A program made the translations under genes and the position numbers. This document shows, in pieces, positions 50,172-60,408 of a stretch of DNA of 64,000 nucleotides. Each line of letters starts with the position of its first letter. Position 1 is the first letter of the stretch. The stretch lies in the NCBI GenBank assembly GCA_963740355.1, contig CAVUDW010000002.1, positions 2,368,001 through 2,432,000 of the forward strand. Direction: 5' to 3'. The stretch is from an uncultured Gemmatimonadaceae bacterium. Lineage in GTDB: Bacteria; Gemmatimonadota; Gemmatimonadetes; Gemmatimonadales; Gemmatimonadaceae. A model generated the notes under the pieces. The model saw only the letters and a program-made list of their open reading frames with translations, did not search any database and was not told the DNA's origin.

Positions 50172-50681
50172 TTACGATTCGGTCGTGCGCTCGCGGAGCG
50201 CTGCCCACCGCGCATCACCTGCCGATGCACAGTCACAGGCCGTCGTGTTGCGATCAACGCCGCACGTCGGACACAGACCTTTGCAATCTTCACGGCACAA
50301 CACAAAAGGTGGGACTGCAAGGATCCACCCTTCGCGAACCGCCGGACGGACGTCGATCGTGCGTGACTTCGCGTCCAGCAGGAACACATCAGGGTCATCG
50401 TCCAAGCCGTCCTCGTCCGAACTGACGAACAGACACTGGATCGAATCGCCTGCCCTCACCGGCACCTCTTTCAGGCACCGGGTGCATTCACCAACCGCCG
50501 ACCCTTCGAACTCGCCGGTGAAATAGTACCGCCCTTCACCGGCGCTCGAGAGCCGACCGTGCACCGTTACCGGCGAACTGGGTCGAACATCTCCTTCCAG
50601 CCAGACCGAGTCGTTGGGATCGATGGATCCTTCCAACTGGACGGCCGTACCGTCGAGACTCCGGAGATCAACTGACAGCAT
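50172..50681 (-). CDS. yceD: DUF177/YceD-family protein
   Basis: ECTRCL, LCREDCKGLCPTCG, DARWAAL; directly upstream of rpmF. Confidence 0.9.
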   Translation of the reverse strand: MLSVDLRSLDGTAVQLEGSIDPNDSVWLEGDVRPSSPVTVHGRLSSAGEGRYYFTGEFEGSAVGECTRCLKEVPVRAGDSIQCLFVSSDEDGLDDDPDVFLLDAKSRTIDVRPAVREGWILAVPPFVLCREDCKGLCPTCGVDRNTTACDCASAGDARWAALRERTTES

Positions 50682-50690
50682 AGCCGTTGA

Positions 50691-50730
50691 AAATAGACGT
50701 GCCGTGGGCACCGAGCAAGTGCCCACGGCA
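50691..50730 (-). terminator. Hairpin / possible terminator between ndk and yceD
   Basis: Perfect 12-bp stem TGCCGTGGGCAC / GTGCCCACGGCA followed on the minus strand by CGTCTATTTT. Confidence 0.6.
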
Positions 50731-50788
50731 TCATCACTTAGCCCACTCACCGCACTCATCGGCCGACCCGGGAGTCGGCCAGACGGGC

Positions 50789-51202
50789 TCAGGCGAGCTC
50801 AGGGAAGAAAAAGGCGGCCTCGATGGCAGCGTTCTCATCCGAGTCAGAGGCGTGAATGGCGTTCCGGCCCTTGGACTCCGCATACAGCTTGCGCACGGTG
50901 CCTTCAGCGGCCTCAGCGGGGTCGGTCGAACCGATGGCGACGCGCAGCGCGGCCACGGCGTCAGCCTTCTCGAGCACCATCGGCATGCACGGGCCCGACG
51001 TCATGAATTCGACCAGTTCACCGAAGAAGCCGCGACCGCTGTGGACTTCGTAGAACTTGCCTGCCTGCTCCGTGGTGAGATGCATGACCCGGGCGGCCTT
51101 CAACACGAAGCCCTGCGCTTCGAGGTGGGCCAGGATGAGGCCGGCCTTCTGGGCGCCAAATGCGTCTGGCTTGACGATCGTGAGTGTACGGTTTCCGGCC
51201 AT
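50789..51202 (-). CDS. ndk: Nucleoside diphosphate kinase
   Basis: [20 protein letters not shown]. Confidence 0.97.
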   Translation of the reverse strand: MAGNRTLTIVKPDAFGAQKAGLILAHLEAQGFVLKAARVMHLTTEQAGKFYEVHSGRGFFGELVEFMTSGPCMPMVLEKADAVAALRVAIGSTDPAEAAEGTVRKLYAESKGRNAIHASDSDENAAIEAAFFFPELA

Positions 51203-51250
51203 GGTACCAAGCTCCAGTGTGGTGCAGACGCGATCGCGTCGTAGGTGTCA

Positions 51251-51286
51251 GAAAATCGCGCCCGGTCACGGAGGTGGCCGGGCGCG
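51251..51286 (-). terminator. Rho-independent terminator after sucD
   Basis: CGCGCCCGGCCAC-CTCC-GTGACCGGGCGCG-ATTTTC on the minus strand. Confidence 0.7.
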
Positions 51287-51313
51287 CCCAAAGTTACCGC
51301 ATTCCGCCAAAAG

Positions 51314-52183
51314 CTACAGGCGGGCCTTCACCAGTTCGACGAAATCCATCGGCCGCTTGGCGATTCCCATGCCGGCCTTCTCGAACGCCTCGAGCTTCTC
51401 GGCCGCCGTCCCGGCCGACCCGGAGATGATCGCACCGGCGTGCCCCATGCGACGGCCTGGCGGCGCCGTCTGACCGGCGATGAAGCCGACGACCGGCTTC
51501 GTCATCTTGGTCCGAACGAATTCAGCGGCTTCCTGTTCATCCGTGCCACCGATCTCGCCCATCATCGCCACGACCTTCGTCTGCGGATCGGCCTCGAATG
51601 CCGCCAATGCGTCGATGAAGTTCGTGCCGTTGATCGGGTCGCCACCGATGCCGACGCAGGTGCTCTGACCGATGCCTGCCTTCGTCAGCAGGTTCACGAT
51701 CTCATACGTGAGCGTGCCCGAGCGACTGACGACGCCGACCGGACCGGCCATGCAGATGCGGCCCGGGATGATGCCGACCTTCGACTGGCCCGGCGTGATC
51801 AAGCCAGGGCAGTTCGGGCCGAGCAGACGTGCGCCCATCTCCTTCACGTACGGATACACCTTGGTCATGTCCAGGACGGGCACACCCTCGGTGATGCAGA
51901 CGATCAGCTTGATGCCGGCCGCAGCCGCTTCCATCATCGCATCGGCCGCGAACGGCGGCGGCACATAGATGACCGAAGTGTTCGCGCCAGTCGCCTTCAC
52001 GGCCTGGGCGACGGTGTTGAAGATCGGCACCGTCTCCTCGAACTTCTGGCCTCCCTTCCCCGGCGTCACGCCGCCCACGACCTTCGTGCCGTACTCCATC
52101 ATCTGCTTCGCGTGGAACGAACCGTCGCGGCCCGTGATGCCCTGCACCAGCAGTGTGGTGTTGTTGTCGATGAAGATGCTCAC
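51314..52183 (-). CDS. sucD: Succinyl-CoA synthetase alpha subunit
   Basis: [31 protein letters not shown] start overlapping the sucC stop. Confidence 0.97.
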   Translation of the reverse strand: MSIFIDNNTTLLVQGITGRDGSFHAKQMMEYGTKVVGGVTPGKGGQKFEETVPIFNTVAQAVKATGANTSVIYVPPPFAADAMMEAAAAGIKLIVCITEGVPVLDMTKVYPYVKEMGARLLGPNCPGLITPGQSKVGIIPGRICMAGPVGVVSRSGTLTYEIVNLLTKAGIGQSTCVGIGGDPINGTNFIDALAAFEADPQTKVVAMMGEIGGTDEQEAAEFVRTKMTKPVVGFIAGQTAPPGRRMGHAGAIISGSAGTAAEKLEAFEKAGMGIAKRPMDFVELVKARL

Positions 52184-53322
52184 TTGGCGGCTCCCGTCGC
52201 GAGGGCCACGGCCTTCTGCACCGCCTCGTCCATGTCGGACGATGCGCTGAAGCCATTCTCGGTGAGGATCTTCATGGCGAGTTCTTCGTTGGTGCCCGTC
52301 AGTCGAATCACGATCGGCACGGTGAGCGGGTTGGCCTTGGTCGCGGTCACGATGCCGTTGGCGACGTCGTCGGTGCGTGTGATGCCGCCGAAGATGTTGA
52401 ACAGGATCGCCTTCACGTTCTTGTCCGCGGTGATGATGCGGAGCGCATTGACGACCTTCTCCGGATTCGACGAGCCGCCGATGTCGAGGAAGTTCGCCGG
52501 GTCGCCGCCGTAGTACTTGACGAGGTCCATGGTGGCCATCGCGAGACCGGCACCATTGACCACGCATCCGACGTTGCCATCGAGCTTGATGAACGTGAGG
52601 TTCGCCTTGCGGGCGTCGACTTCTGCCGGGTCCTCGCTGCTTTCGTCGCGCAATGCCTCGATCGCCGGGAGGCGCTCGAGCTCGTTGTCGTCGATCACCA
52701 TCTTGCCGTCGACTGCCACGACCTTGCCGGTCGGCGTGACGACGAGCGGATTGATCTCGGCCAGTGAGCAACCGCTCTCGATGAATGCGGCGTAGAGCTG
52801 CTGCATGATCTTCGCTGCGGCGCGCGCCTGCTTCACGTCCTCATAGAGGAAGAAGCCCATCTCCATCGCCTCGAAGGTGCGCAAGCCGTAGCGCGGATCG
52901 ACGGGATGATAGAGGATCTTCTCCGGCGTAGTGGCTGCGACTTCCTCGATGTCGATGCCACCAGCGGCGCTGACCATGAACACCGGCTTCTTGGTCGCAC
53001 GATCGACGATGATGCCGACGTACGCCTCGCTGCCGATATCCTCGGCGACGGTCACGAGCACCTTGAGGACCGTCAGGCCCTTGATGTCCATGCCGAGAAT
53101 CGCCGTTGCCTTCTCGCGCGCTGCAGCAGGCGTGGCGCAGTACTTCACGCCGCCGGCCTTGCCGCGACCACCAACGTGGACCTGTGCCTTGACCATCACC
53201 GGCACGCCGTACTTCACGGCCAGCGCTTCTGCAGCGTCCGGCGTGGTTGCAATGTCACCCTCGGGGATCGGCACGCCGTGGCGTCGCAGAATCTCCTTGG
53301 CCTGATACTCATGTAGGTTCAC
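52180..53322 (-). CDS. sucC: Succinyl-CoA synthetase beta subunit
   Basis: [34 protein letters not shown]. Confidence 0.97.
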   Translation of the reverse strand: MNLHEYQAKEILRRHGVPIPEGDIATTPDAAEALAVKYGVPVMVKAQVHVGGRGKAGGVKYCATPAAAREKATAILGMDIKGLTVLKVLVTVAEDIGSEAYVGIIVDRATKKPVFMVSAAGGIDIEEVAATTPEKILYHPVDPRYGLRTFEAMEMGFFLYEDVKQARAAAKIMQQLYAAFIESGCSLAEINPLVVTPTGKVVAVDGKMVIDDNELERLPAIEALRDESSEDPAEVDARKANLTFIKLDGNVGCVVNGAGLAMATMDLVKYYGGDPANFLDIGGSSNPEKVVNALRIITADKNVKAILFNIFGGITRTDDVANGIVTATKANPLTVPIVIRLTGTNEELAMKILTENGFSASSDMDEAVQKAVALATGAAK

Positions 53323-53470
53323 ACACGCTCCATCTGCGATCGGTTGATTGCAGCGACTGTGACGTTGAACTGAAAGCCTCGCCGGTGCAGGACAGACCGG
53401 TCGGGGGTGGACACAGCGCTCCTACCGAGCGCCGAGGGGCCGGCGGCAAGATAACCGTCGGAGTGGGAAG

Positions 53471-55918
53471 TCATCGTGGCACGGAGTCCCGTGGGACGCC
53501 GAGTGCCCGGCCAAGCGCCTCGAACGAGGCGCCAAATTCGCTCCAGGCGCCACGCTGCAGCGCCTCGCGCATCTGTCGATACATCGCCGCCGCCGCGGTG
53601 GCGGGCACCGCGCCACGGCCACCGTCGCGCCAGGCCAGACTGGCTTCGGGGACCGTCGCCGCCACGCCGCGCCGAAGGCCGTCCGTCAGCAACACGGCGC
53701 TCAACTGCGTGGGGCGCCCCTCGCGCACGGCGAAATACGGGGTCAGGAACCGAGGCGCACCCGCGGCAGGCAGCACACGTGTCGAGCTGCGGCGGGCGCC
53801 CGTGAGGCTGCCCGGCTGCCGCAGCGAGTCGGATGTTTCCTGCGCGCTGCGCATCACGCCGTCGTACGGCGCTCCGTCCGTACTCGGGCGCCACCGCGTG
53901 CGTCGATCCTCACCGCCTGGTGCCAGCAGGACGCCGCGCACCACACCGCGGGAATCGATGGCGGCGGCGGACAGCGCGTAGCTCCGTCTGGCTGGGAGCC
54001 AAACGGGGACGTAATCGTCCGGCGTGAAGGTGCTGTCGGCCGGGACACCGTGGACGAGCGACAACTCCGAGAGCGCGCCACCACCACGGATCGCCGCCGA
54101 CGTGTCCTCCTGCACCGCACGCGAGCCGTATCGCGCCGCAATCGCCGCCTCGAGCTCGAGCGCATCGCCACGTGGCGGCAGCGCGCGACGCAGTGCCTCC
54201 GGCAGCGCACTCAGTGGCACCAGATGCCGCGCCAGCCGTTCCAGCGGGCGGCGTGCCAACAGCGGCGGGTTCGGTTCGGACACGAGGATCACCCGACCCG
54301 TATGCGCATTCACCAACGCCGTGCCGGCAAACTGCGCCGCCGCGACCTCCGCACCGTGCAGCACGACGTGTTCACTGAGCGGATACGTGGCGCTGGCGGC
54401 ATAGAGGTCGAGCGACCAGAGGAGCGAGTCGCCGAAGACCAGCGGCACGACCTGCGCGCCGGTGTAGAGCGAGGGGGCCAGTCGCTCGACGCGCTCACGC
54501 ACATCGCGCACGGTCACGAGGACTGGCGCGGGTCGCGGTACGTCGCCAAAGATCAGGCGCGGGTTCTGCTGGTTCCATGCATGAGCCAGGCGTGCCGTCA
54601 CGCTGGCGATGGATGGGGCCGCGATGTGGTGCGCGGGATCGCTCACGATGGCGTACCCACGCCCCGAGTCGCTGACGACTATCGGTGGCAGCGTCTGACC
54701 TGCGCGCGCACCAACATTTCGGAATGGGTTGTCAGCGGTGATATCCACTGAAATCGCGCGCCACGTCGGCAGCAGTCCCGGTGCCTTCACGGCGTCGAAC
54801 ACCGTTGCGCCAGGCACGCCGCCGGCTTGATCCCACGCCAGCAACGCACCGAGCCGACCGGGCGCCGTGTGCGGCACACTCGACCGATCCCAGAGTGGAG
54901 TGGATGGCAGCGACGCGGTGTCACCGGCGGTGGCGGCGAGTACGCGATCGGACTCATACGCGCGCCGAGTGAAGCTGGCGCCGGCGTCGACGTATCGTCG
55001 TTCCCGGGCGACGACGTCGCCGCCACCATCGATGCTATCGGCCAGCAGCGGCATACCCTGACGAAGCAGCAGCGCCATCAGCAGCACCGTGGTGACCGCA
55101 GCGATGCCGGCGCGCGGCTGTCGTGACCAGGCGCTCCAGATCACCACTCCCGCGGCACCGAGCGAGATGACCTGCATGACGATGCCGCCAGGGAGCCCCA
55201 CGCGATGCGCCGCGAATCCAAACGCCCCTTCCGGCCCTGTGCCATGCACGAGGCGATCAAACCCGTCGATCCGGTAACTCCACGCGATCAGGGCCAGCAA
55301 CATCGCGCCGAGCACCGTGATGTGACGGCGTGCATGACGCGACACACGCAGTGCACGGCTGTCCGTGCCGATTCCGCGCGTCAGCACGTACCCGACGACG
55401 GTCATCATCGACATCACTGCATGCGACAGCAGCGCCCACGTATAGGCCTGCACCTCGAACGGAAGCCAGGTCGTCCAGAAGGCAAGATCGTACTGGAAGT
55501 ACGGATCCGATTCACCGAACGGACGCGCGTCGAGGACGTTCGCGAGGGGCACCCAGTCGTCGACGGGTACAGTCAGCAGGATGCCGATCGCGACCGCGAA
55601 CAGCCAGAGCACCAGCGAGATCGTGCGATCCGGGACAGCCCCGTTGAACTCGAGGTTGCCTACGCTGCCTGGCACGACGACGCTCACGAAGGAGCGGCGT
55701 ATCGCTTCGAGGTGAGCCCGCATCACGAGCGTCGCGAGCGTGCCGGCGCCAACCTTCAGGAACAACGAGACCGACGTCTTCCACCACCAGACGTCGCCGA
55801 ATCCGAGCGCCTCGAACCAGGCATGGTCTCCGATCAGCGCGCCCCATGCCCGCCCGACGGCGAGCACGAGCGCGACAACGACGACGAGCGTCAGCAGCCC
55901 GCGACGACGGATGATCAC
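53471..55918 (-). CDS. UPF0182-family membrane protein
   Basis: DHAWFEALGFGDVW, FGESDPYFQYDLAF, TRRAY, VRDVRERV..LAP, YPLS, C-terminal ALQRGAWSEFG. Confidence 0.85.
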   Translation of the reverse strand: MIIRRRGLLTLVVVVALVLAVGRAWGALIGDHAWFEALGFGDVWWWKTSVSLFLKVGAGTLATLVMRAHLEAIRRSFVSVVVPGSVGNLEFNGAVPDRTISLVLWLFAVAIGILLTVPVDDWVPLANVLDARPFGESDPYFQYDLAFWTTWLPFEVQAYTWALLSHAVMSMMTVVGYVLTRGIGTDSRALRVSRHARRHITVLGAMLLALIAWSYRIDGFDRLVHGTGPEGAFGFAAHRVGLPGGIVMQVISLGAAGVVIWSAWSRQPRAGIAAVTTVLLMALLLRQGMPLLADSIDGGGDVVARERRYVDAGASFTRRAYESDRVLAATAGDTASLPSTPLWDRSSVPHTAPGRLGALLAWDQAGGVPGATVFDAVKAPGLLPTWRAISVDITADNPFRNVGARAGQTLPPIVVSDSGRGYAIVSDPAHHIAAPSIASVTARLAHAWNQQNPRLIFGDVPRPAPVLVTVRDVRERVERLAPSLYTGAQVVPLVFGDSLLWSLDLYAASATYPLSEHVVLHGAEVAAAQFAGTALVNAHTGRVILVSEPNPPLLARRPLERLARHLVPLSALPEALRRALPPRGDALELEAAIAARYGSRAVQEDTSAAIRGGGALSELSLVHGVPADSTFTPDDYVPVWLPARRSYALSAAAIDSRGVVRGVLLAPGGEDRRTRWRPSTDGAPYDGVMRSAQETSDSLRQPGSLTGARRSSTRVLPAAGAPRFLTPYFAVREGRPTQLSAVLLTDGLRRGVAATVPEASLAWRDGGRGAVPATAAAAMYRQMREALQRGAWSEFGASFEALGRALGVPRDSVPR

Positions 55919-55937
55919 GGGCGTTGACGGCGCAGCG

Positions 55938-57302
55938 TCAGACTGCGACGCCCTGCGACCGCATCCATGCGTAGAACTCGGCACGGATCGCGTCACGCCG
56001 CTCGGCGGTCAGCGCCTCGAAGCGACAGACGACGATCGGTTGGGTATTGGACGCGCGGATCAGGCCCCAGCCATCGCCGAAGAGCACACGCGCCCCATCC
56101 ACCGCGATAACCTCGTGCGTCTTGCTGAAGTGTTCCGATGCCGCAGCGACCAGCGTGAACTTCTTCTCGTCGCCACACTCGATGCGCAGTTCCGGCGTGC
56201 TGAAGTACGTCGGCACGTCGGCGAGCAGGTCGGCAACGCTGCCGGTGCTGGATGACACGATGCGGAGGATGCGGGCCGCGGCGTACAGCGCGTCGTCGTG
56301 GCCGTAGAAGCCCTCGGTGAAGAACATGTGCCCCGACATCTCGCCGGCGATGGGAGCGTGCAGCTCCTTCATCTTGTCCTTGATCAGCGAATGGCCGGTC
56401 TTCCACATCACCGGCGTCCCGCCGGCCTTGGTGATCGCATCGGGCAACGCCTGCGAACACTTCACGTCGAAGATGATCGCCTGGCCGGCGCCCGTGCGGG
56501 CGAAGACATCGCGCGCGTACAGGAGCAGGAGATAATCGCCCCAGATGATCGTACCGTTCGCATCGACGATCCCGATGCGATCGGCATCGCCGTCGAAGGC
56601 GATACCGATGTCCGCCTTGTGTTCCTTCACCGCCGCGATCAGGTCGACGAGATTCTCCTCGACCGTCGGATCTGGATGGTGGTTGGGAAAGGTGCCATCG
56701 CTCTCGCAGAAGAGATACGTGGCATCGATGTTCATCCGCGAGAAGATTGTCTCGGTCAGCGGCCCACCGGCACCGTTGCCGGCGTCGAGCACCACCGTGA
56801 GACGACGTGGCAGAGGTCCGGTGCGAGCGACGATGTCGTCCGCGTACGCCGCATTCAGGTCTTCGGTGCGGATGCTGCCCACGCGCGCCGTTGCGGGTGC
56901 GTCGAGCAGCTGGTGCAAGCGCTGGATACCGCTGCCGTGCAGCGACCCGGTGCCGACGCAGAGCTTGAACCCGTTGAACTCGGGCGGATTGTGTGAGCCG
57001 GTGATCTGGATGCCGCCTGCCACTGGCAGGTGATGCAGCGACCAGTACAGGAGCGGCGTCGGACCGACACCGATGTCGATGACATCGCGGCCGCGGGTGG
57101 TCAGGCCACGCACCAGCGCCTCACGCAGCGCCGTCCCGCTCGGCCGATTGTCGCGACCCACGGCCACGGGGCCGGCGATTCCACGTTCGTCGAGAAGGGC
57201 CGCGTACGCGCGCCCGATGCCTTCGGCAGCTTCCACGGTCAGATCGTCACCGACCACGCCGCGAATGTCATACTGGCGGAAAATACCTGCAGCGATCGTC
57301 AT
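55938..57302 (-). CDS. Phosphomannomutase/phosphoglucomutase (AlgC-like)
   Basis: IFRQYDIRG, TGSHNP, FDGDADR, GEMSGH, RASNTQP; real start ATG 57302. Confidence 0.95.
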   Translation of the reverse strand: MTIAAGIFRQYDIRGVVGDDLTVEAAEGIGRAYAALLDERGIAGPVAVGRDNRPSGTALREALVRGLTTRGRDVIDIGVGPTPLLYWSLHHLPVAGGIQITGSHNPPEFNGFKLCVGTGSLHGSGIQRLHQLLDAPATARVGSIRTEDLNAAYADDIVARTGPLPRRLTVVLDAGNGAGGPLTETIFSRMNIDATYLFCESDGTFPNHHPDPTVEENLVDLIAAVKEHKADIGIAFDGDADRIGIVDANGTIIWGDYLLLLYARDVFARTGAGQAIIFDVKCSQALPDAITKAGGTPVMWKTGHSLIKDKMKELHAPIAGEMSGHMFFTEGFYGHDDALYAAARILRIVSSSTGSVADLLADVPTYFSTPELRIECGDEKKFTLVAAASEHFSKTHEVIAVDGARVLFGDGWGLIRASNTQPIVVCRFEALTAERRDAIRAEFYAWMRSQGVAV

Positions 57303-58861
57303 GGCAGAGCGGGCTGGGAATCGGTCGGGACCATGGCTTGCACCGGCGTCGCGCCGGCGGCGGCCCGCGCCGGAGACATGGGGAGTGTGCTTGCCTTGGC
57401 CCAGTGCACCGCCGGAGTGGGGAACACGCCAAGGACGAGCAGGAGCACAGCGGAAACGGCCACGAGCCCGCCAGTGAGGCGCGCTGGCACGCCTCGTGAC
57501 GGCAACGCTTCCTCGGCCGGGGGCTTGGTGAACATCGCCGCCACCACCGCGAGGTAATACCCGACCGACACGAGGCTCGCGAGCACCAGGATGACGGCAA
57601 GCTTCAATTGTGGTGCAGGCGAGCTCAGTGCAGCCCGCAATATGTACCATTTTGCGAAGAAGCCCATGCCACCCGCGATCGGGAACCCCATCAGCGACAG
57701 CATGAACACCGCCATCGCCGTCGCCAGTGCCGGTCGAGTGCGTGACAGGCCGGCGAGATCCGAGAGCCGCGTGTTCTTCTCGATCCCGCCGGACACGATG
57801 CACAGCACGCTGTAGGCACCCACCGTCGCCAGCGTGTACGCGAGCGCGTAGAACACGATCGCCGCCACACCATCGGCGGAGTGACTGGTGATCGCCACCA
57901 GCAGGTACCCTGCGTGAGCGATACTCGAGTAGGCCAGCATTCGCTTGACGTTCTGTTGCGCCAGCGCCAGCACATTGCCCACGATCATCGTGGCGGCGGC
58001 CAGCACCCAGGCGGCGTAGTGCCAGGAGGCGTAGGCCGGCCCGAGACCATCCAGTACGAGGCGCGCAAATGCCGCGAAGGCCGCCGTCTTCACGCCGGCT
58101 GCCATGAACGACGTGTACGGTGTGGGTGCGCCCTCGTAGACGTCGGGCGTCCACATGTGGAACGGGACCGCCGCGACCTTGAACGAGAAGCCGACGAAAA
58201 GCAGCGCCAATCCGCCGATGAGCAGCGGATCGTCGACGAGATTGCGGGTGGTGATCGCGGCCGCCATCTCGGTCAGGTTGGTCGTACCCGTCGAGCCATA
58301 GATCAGCGCCATGCCATACAGCAGGAAGCCGGTCGAGAAGGAGCCAAGGAGGAAGTACTTGAGCGCCGCCTCGGCTGATCGTGCACGACTGCGATCCAGG
58401 CCGGTGAGGATGTAGATCGACAGCGACATGACCTCGATGCCGAGGAAGATCAACATCAGGTCGCGTGCACCGACGAGCAGCAGCATGCCGGCAGCGGCGA
58501 AGAGCACCAGCGCTGGCGGCTCGGGTGCGGTCAATGCCGCACCCTCGTTGTACTCCATCGCCATCACCAGCGTGCCGAGCACACCGAGCAGGATCACGGC
58601 AACCGACGCCCACCGAAATCCGTCGAAGGCCAGCGGACCGGTCGCGGCACCGAGTGGTGGTGCCTGGTTCGCGAGCATGGCTGCCGATGCTGCGGCAAGC
58701 AGCGTCACGGCGATGGCGAGCCAGTGTGCGCGCCGCGTGCTGGCAGCGCCTTCCTCGACAAAGACGCCATACAGCAGCACGCACATGCCGCCGATGGACA
58801 CGATCAATTCCGGCAACAGCAGCGTGCCGAGATCGAGACTGCCGAACGAGAACGTGCTCAC
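57299..58861 (-). CDS. nuoN: NADH-quinone oxidoreductase subunit N
   Basis: EAALKYF, FKVAAVPFHMWTPDVYEGAP, KRMLAYSSIAHAGY. Confidence 0.96.
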   Translation of the reverse strand: MSTFSFGSLDLGTLLLPELIVSIGGMCVLLYGVFVEEGAASTRRAHWLAIAVTLLAAASAAMLANQAPPLGAATGPLAFDGFRWASVAVILLGVLGTLVMAMEYNEGAALTAPEPPALVLFAAAGMLLLVGARDLMLIFLGIEVMSLSIYILTGLDRSRARSAEAALKYFLLGSFSTGFLLYGMALIYGSTGTTNLTEMAAAITTRNLVDDPLLIGGLALLFVGFSFKVAAVPFHMWTPDVYEGAPTPYTSFMAAGVKTAAFAAFARLVLDGLGPAYASWHYAAWVLAAATMIVGNVLALAQQNVKRMLAYSSIAHAGYLLVAITSHSADGVAAIVFYALAYTLATVGAYSVLCIVSGGIEKNTRLSDLAGLSRTRPALATAMAVFMLSLMGFPIAGGMGFFAKWYILRAALSSPAPQLKLAVILVLASLVSVGYYLAVVAAMFTKPPAEEALPSRGVPARLTGGLVAVSAVLLLVLGVFPTPAVHWAKASTLPMSPARAAAGATPVQAMVPTDSQPALP

Positions 58862-60408
58862 GGCTTCACCTCGCCCGGGACACTGGTGATCGGTGTCAGC
58901 ATCGACGTGAGCTGGACACGGTTCACGAGCGACGTCACGCTGCTCTCCATCCGATGGAGCATCGGCGACGGCGCCAGTCCAAGTCCGATGATCGCGATCA
59001 CGAACACGCTCATGATCCCGACTTCCGCGCGGGTGAGGTCGCGCACGACCGGCGCGTCAGCGCGTGGTGGGCCGAAGAGCACGCGTTGCACCGCCCACAG
59101 CAGATAAGCGGCCGCGAGGATCACGCCGACGGTCGCAAGCAGGACCAGCAGCGGGAACCGTGGGAAGGAGCCAAGCAGCACCAGGAATTCGCCGACGAAT
59201 CCATTCGTGCCTGGCAGGCCCGCATTGGCGAGGGCGAAGAGCACGATGACGGCGCCAAACATCGGCATCTGCTTCGCCAGCCCACCGAGCGACTCGAAGC
59301 GATCGTCACCGAGCCGCTGCCGAAGCATGCCAAGCAGCAGGAACATGCCGCCCGTCGTGATGCCGGCATTCACCATCACCATCATCGCACCCTGCAACGA
59401 CTCGATGGTGAAGGCGCTGATCCCGAGCACCACGAACCCAAGATGCGCGATCGATGCGTATGAAATCACGCGACGGAAATCTGGCTGCACGAGCGCCACA
59501 AGTGAGCCATAGAGCACGGCGACGACGCCAAGGCACGCGAACAGGATGCGAACGGCCGGATACATCGCGGCCGCCGGAAAAAGCGGATAGGCCACGGCCA
59601 GCAACCCATAGGTGCCGACCTTGATGCCGAGCGCCACGGCGGCAATCGGCGGTCCTTCGCTTTGTGCGTCGGGCAACCAGGTGTGAAACGGGATCAGTGC
59701 ACTCTTCACCAGGAAGGCACTCGCAAACGCACCGAAGCAGAGCAGCTGCGCGTCCAGGCGCATCGGACGGCTGGATGCGAACTCGCGCAGTGTCTCATAC
59801 GTCGTGCCGCCGGCCGCGGACGCAACCGAAATGATCGCGACCAGCATCAGCAGCGAGCCGAGCATGGTATAGATGAAGAAGGTCATGCCGGCGGCAGGGC
59901 CGCGACCTGATCCCCAGACGCCGATCAGGAAATACAGCGGGACCAGCATCAACTCCCAGCAGAGATAGAAGAGGAGCAAGTCCGCCGCGAGGAAAATGCC
60001 AAGGATTCCGCCAGTCAGCAGCAGGATCAAGGCGTAATACGATGCGGCACGATGCGTAACGCTTGCGCGCGGGGTCGCCAGCACGCTGAGCAGCATCAGT
60101 AATGCGGTGAGCATCACCATCGGCATCGACAACCCGGTCGCCGCCAGGCGCAGGCGCGATCCGAAGTCATCGATCCACGGGTAGTCGACCGTGGCCGTGT
60201 TTTCCGGCACGACGAACCAGAGCGCCACGGATAGCAGTGCCGTGACGGCGAGGATCGCGACCGTCACCGTTCGTGCCACGCGCGCCTCGGTGTCGGCCTC
60301 ACTTCGCGGCAGCACCCAGACGACGATGGAACCGACGACGGGCAGCAGCAGCAACGCCGGCAACACCCACGCTGCGGAAAAGCCGAGAGCCGTGAAGAGA
60401 CCGGTCAT
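58858..60408 (-). CDS. nuoM: NADH-quinone oxidoreductase subunit M
   Basis: WELMLVP, PFHTWLPDA, YASIAHLG, LPGTNGFVGEF. Confidence 0.93.
   Translation of the reverse strand: MTGLFTALGFSAAWVLPALLLLPVVGSIVVWVLPRSEADTEARVARTVTVAILAVTALLSVALWFVVPENTATVDYPWIDDFGSRLRLAATGLSMPMVMLTALLMLLSVLATPRASVTHRAASYYALILLLTGGILGIFLAADLLLFYLCWELMLVPLYFLIGVWGSGRGPAAGMTFFIYTMLGSLLMLVAIISVASAAGGTTYETLREFASSRPMRLDAQLLCFGAFASAFLVKSALIPFHTWLPDAQSEGPPIAAVALGIKVGTYGLLAVAYPLFPAAAMYPAVRILFACLGVVAVLYGSLVALVQPDFRRVISYASIAHLGFVVLGISAFTIESLQGAMMVMVNAGITTGGMFLLLGMLRQRLGDDRFESLGGLAKQMPMFGAVIVLFALANAGLPGTNGFVGEFLVLLGSFPRFPLLVLLATVGVILAAAYLLWAVQRVLFGPPRADAPVVRDLTRAEVGIMSVFVIAIIGLGLAPSPMLHRMESSVTSLVNRVQLTSMLTPITSVPGEVKP

Noticed and set aside
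55938..58784. 948-aa PMM fusion, and similar N-terminal extensions on fabG, sucD and nuoM in the ORF track
   Set aside because: The extensions overlap the upstream gene in another frame; the true starts sit at ATGA/GTGA overlaps.
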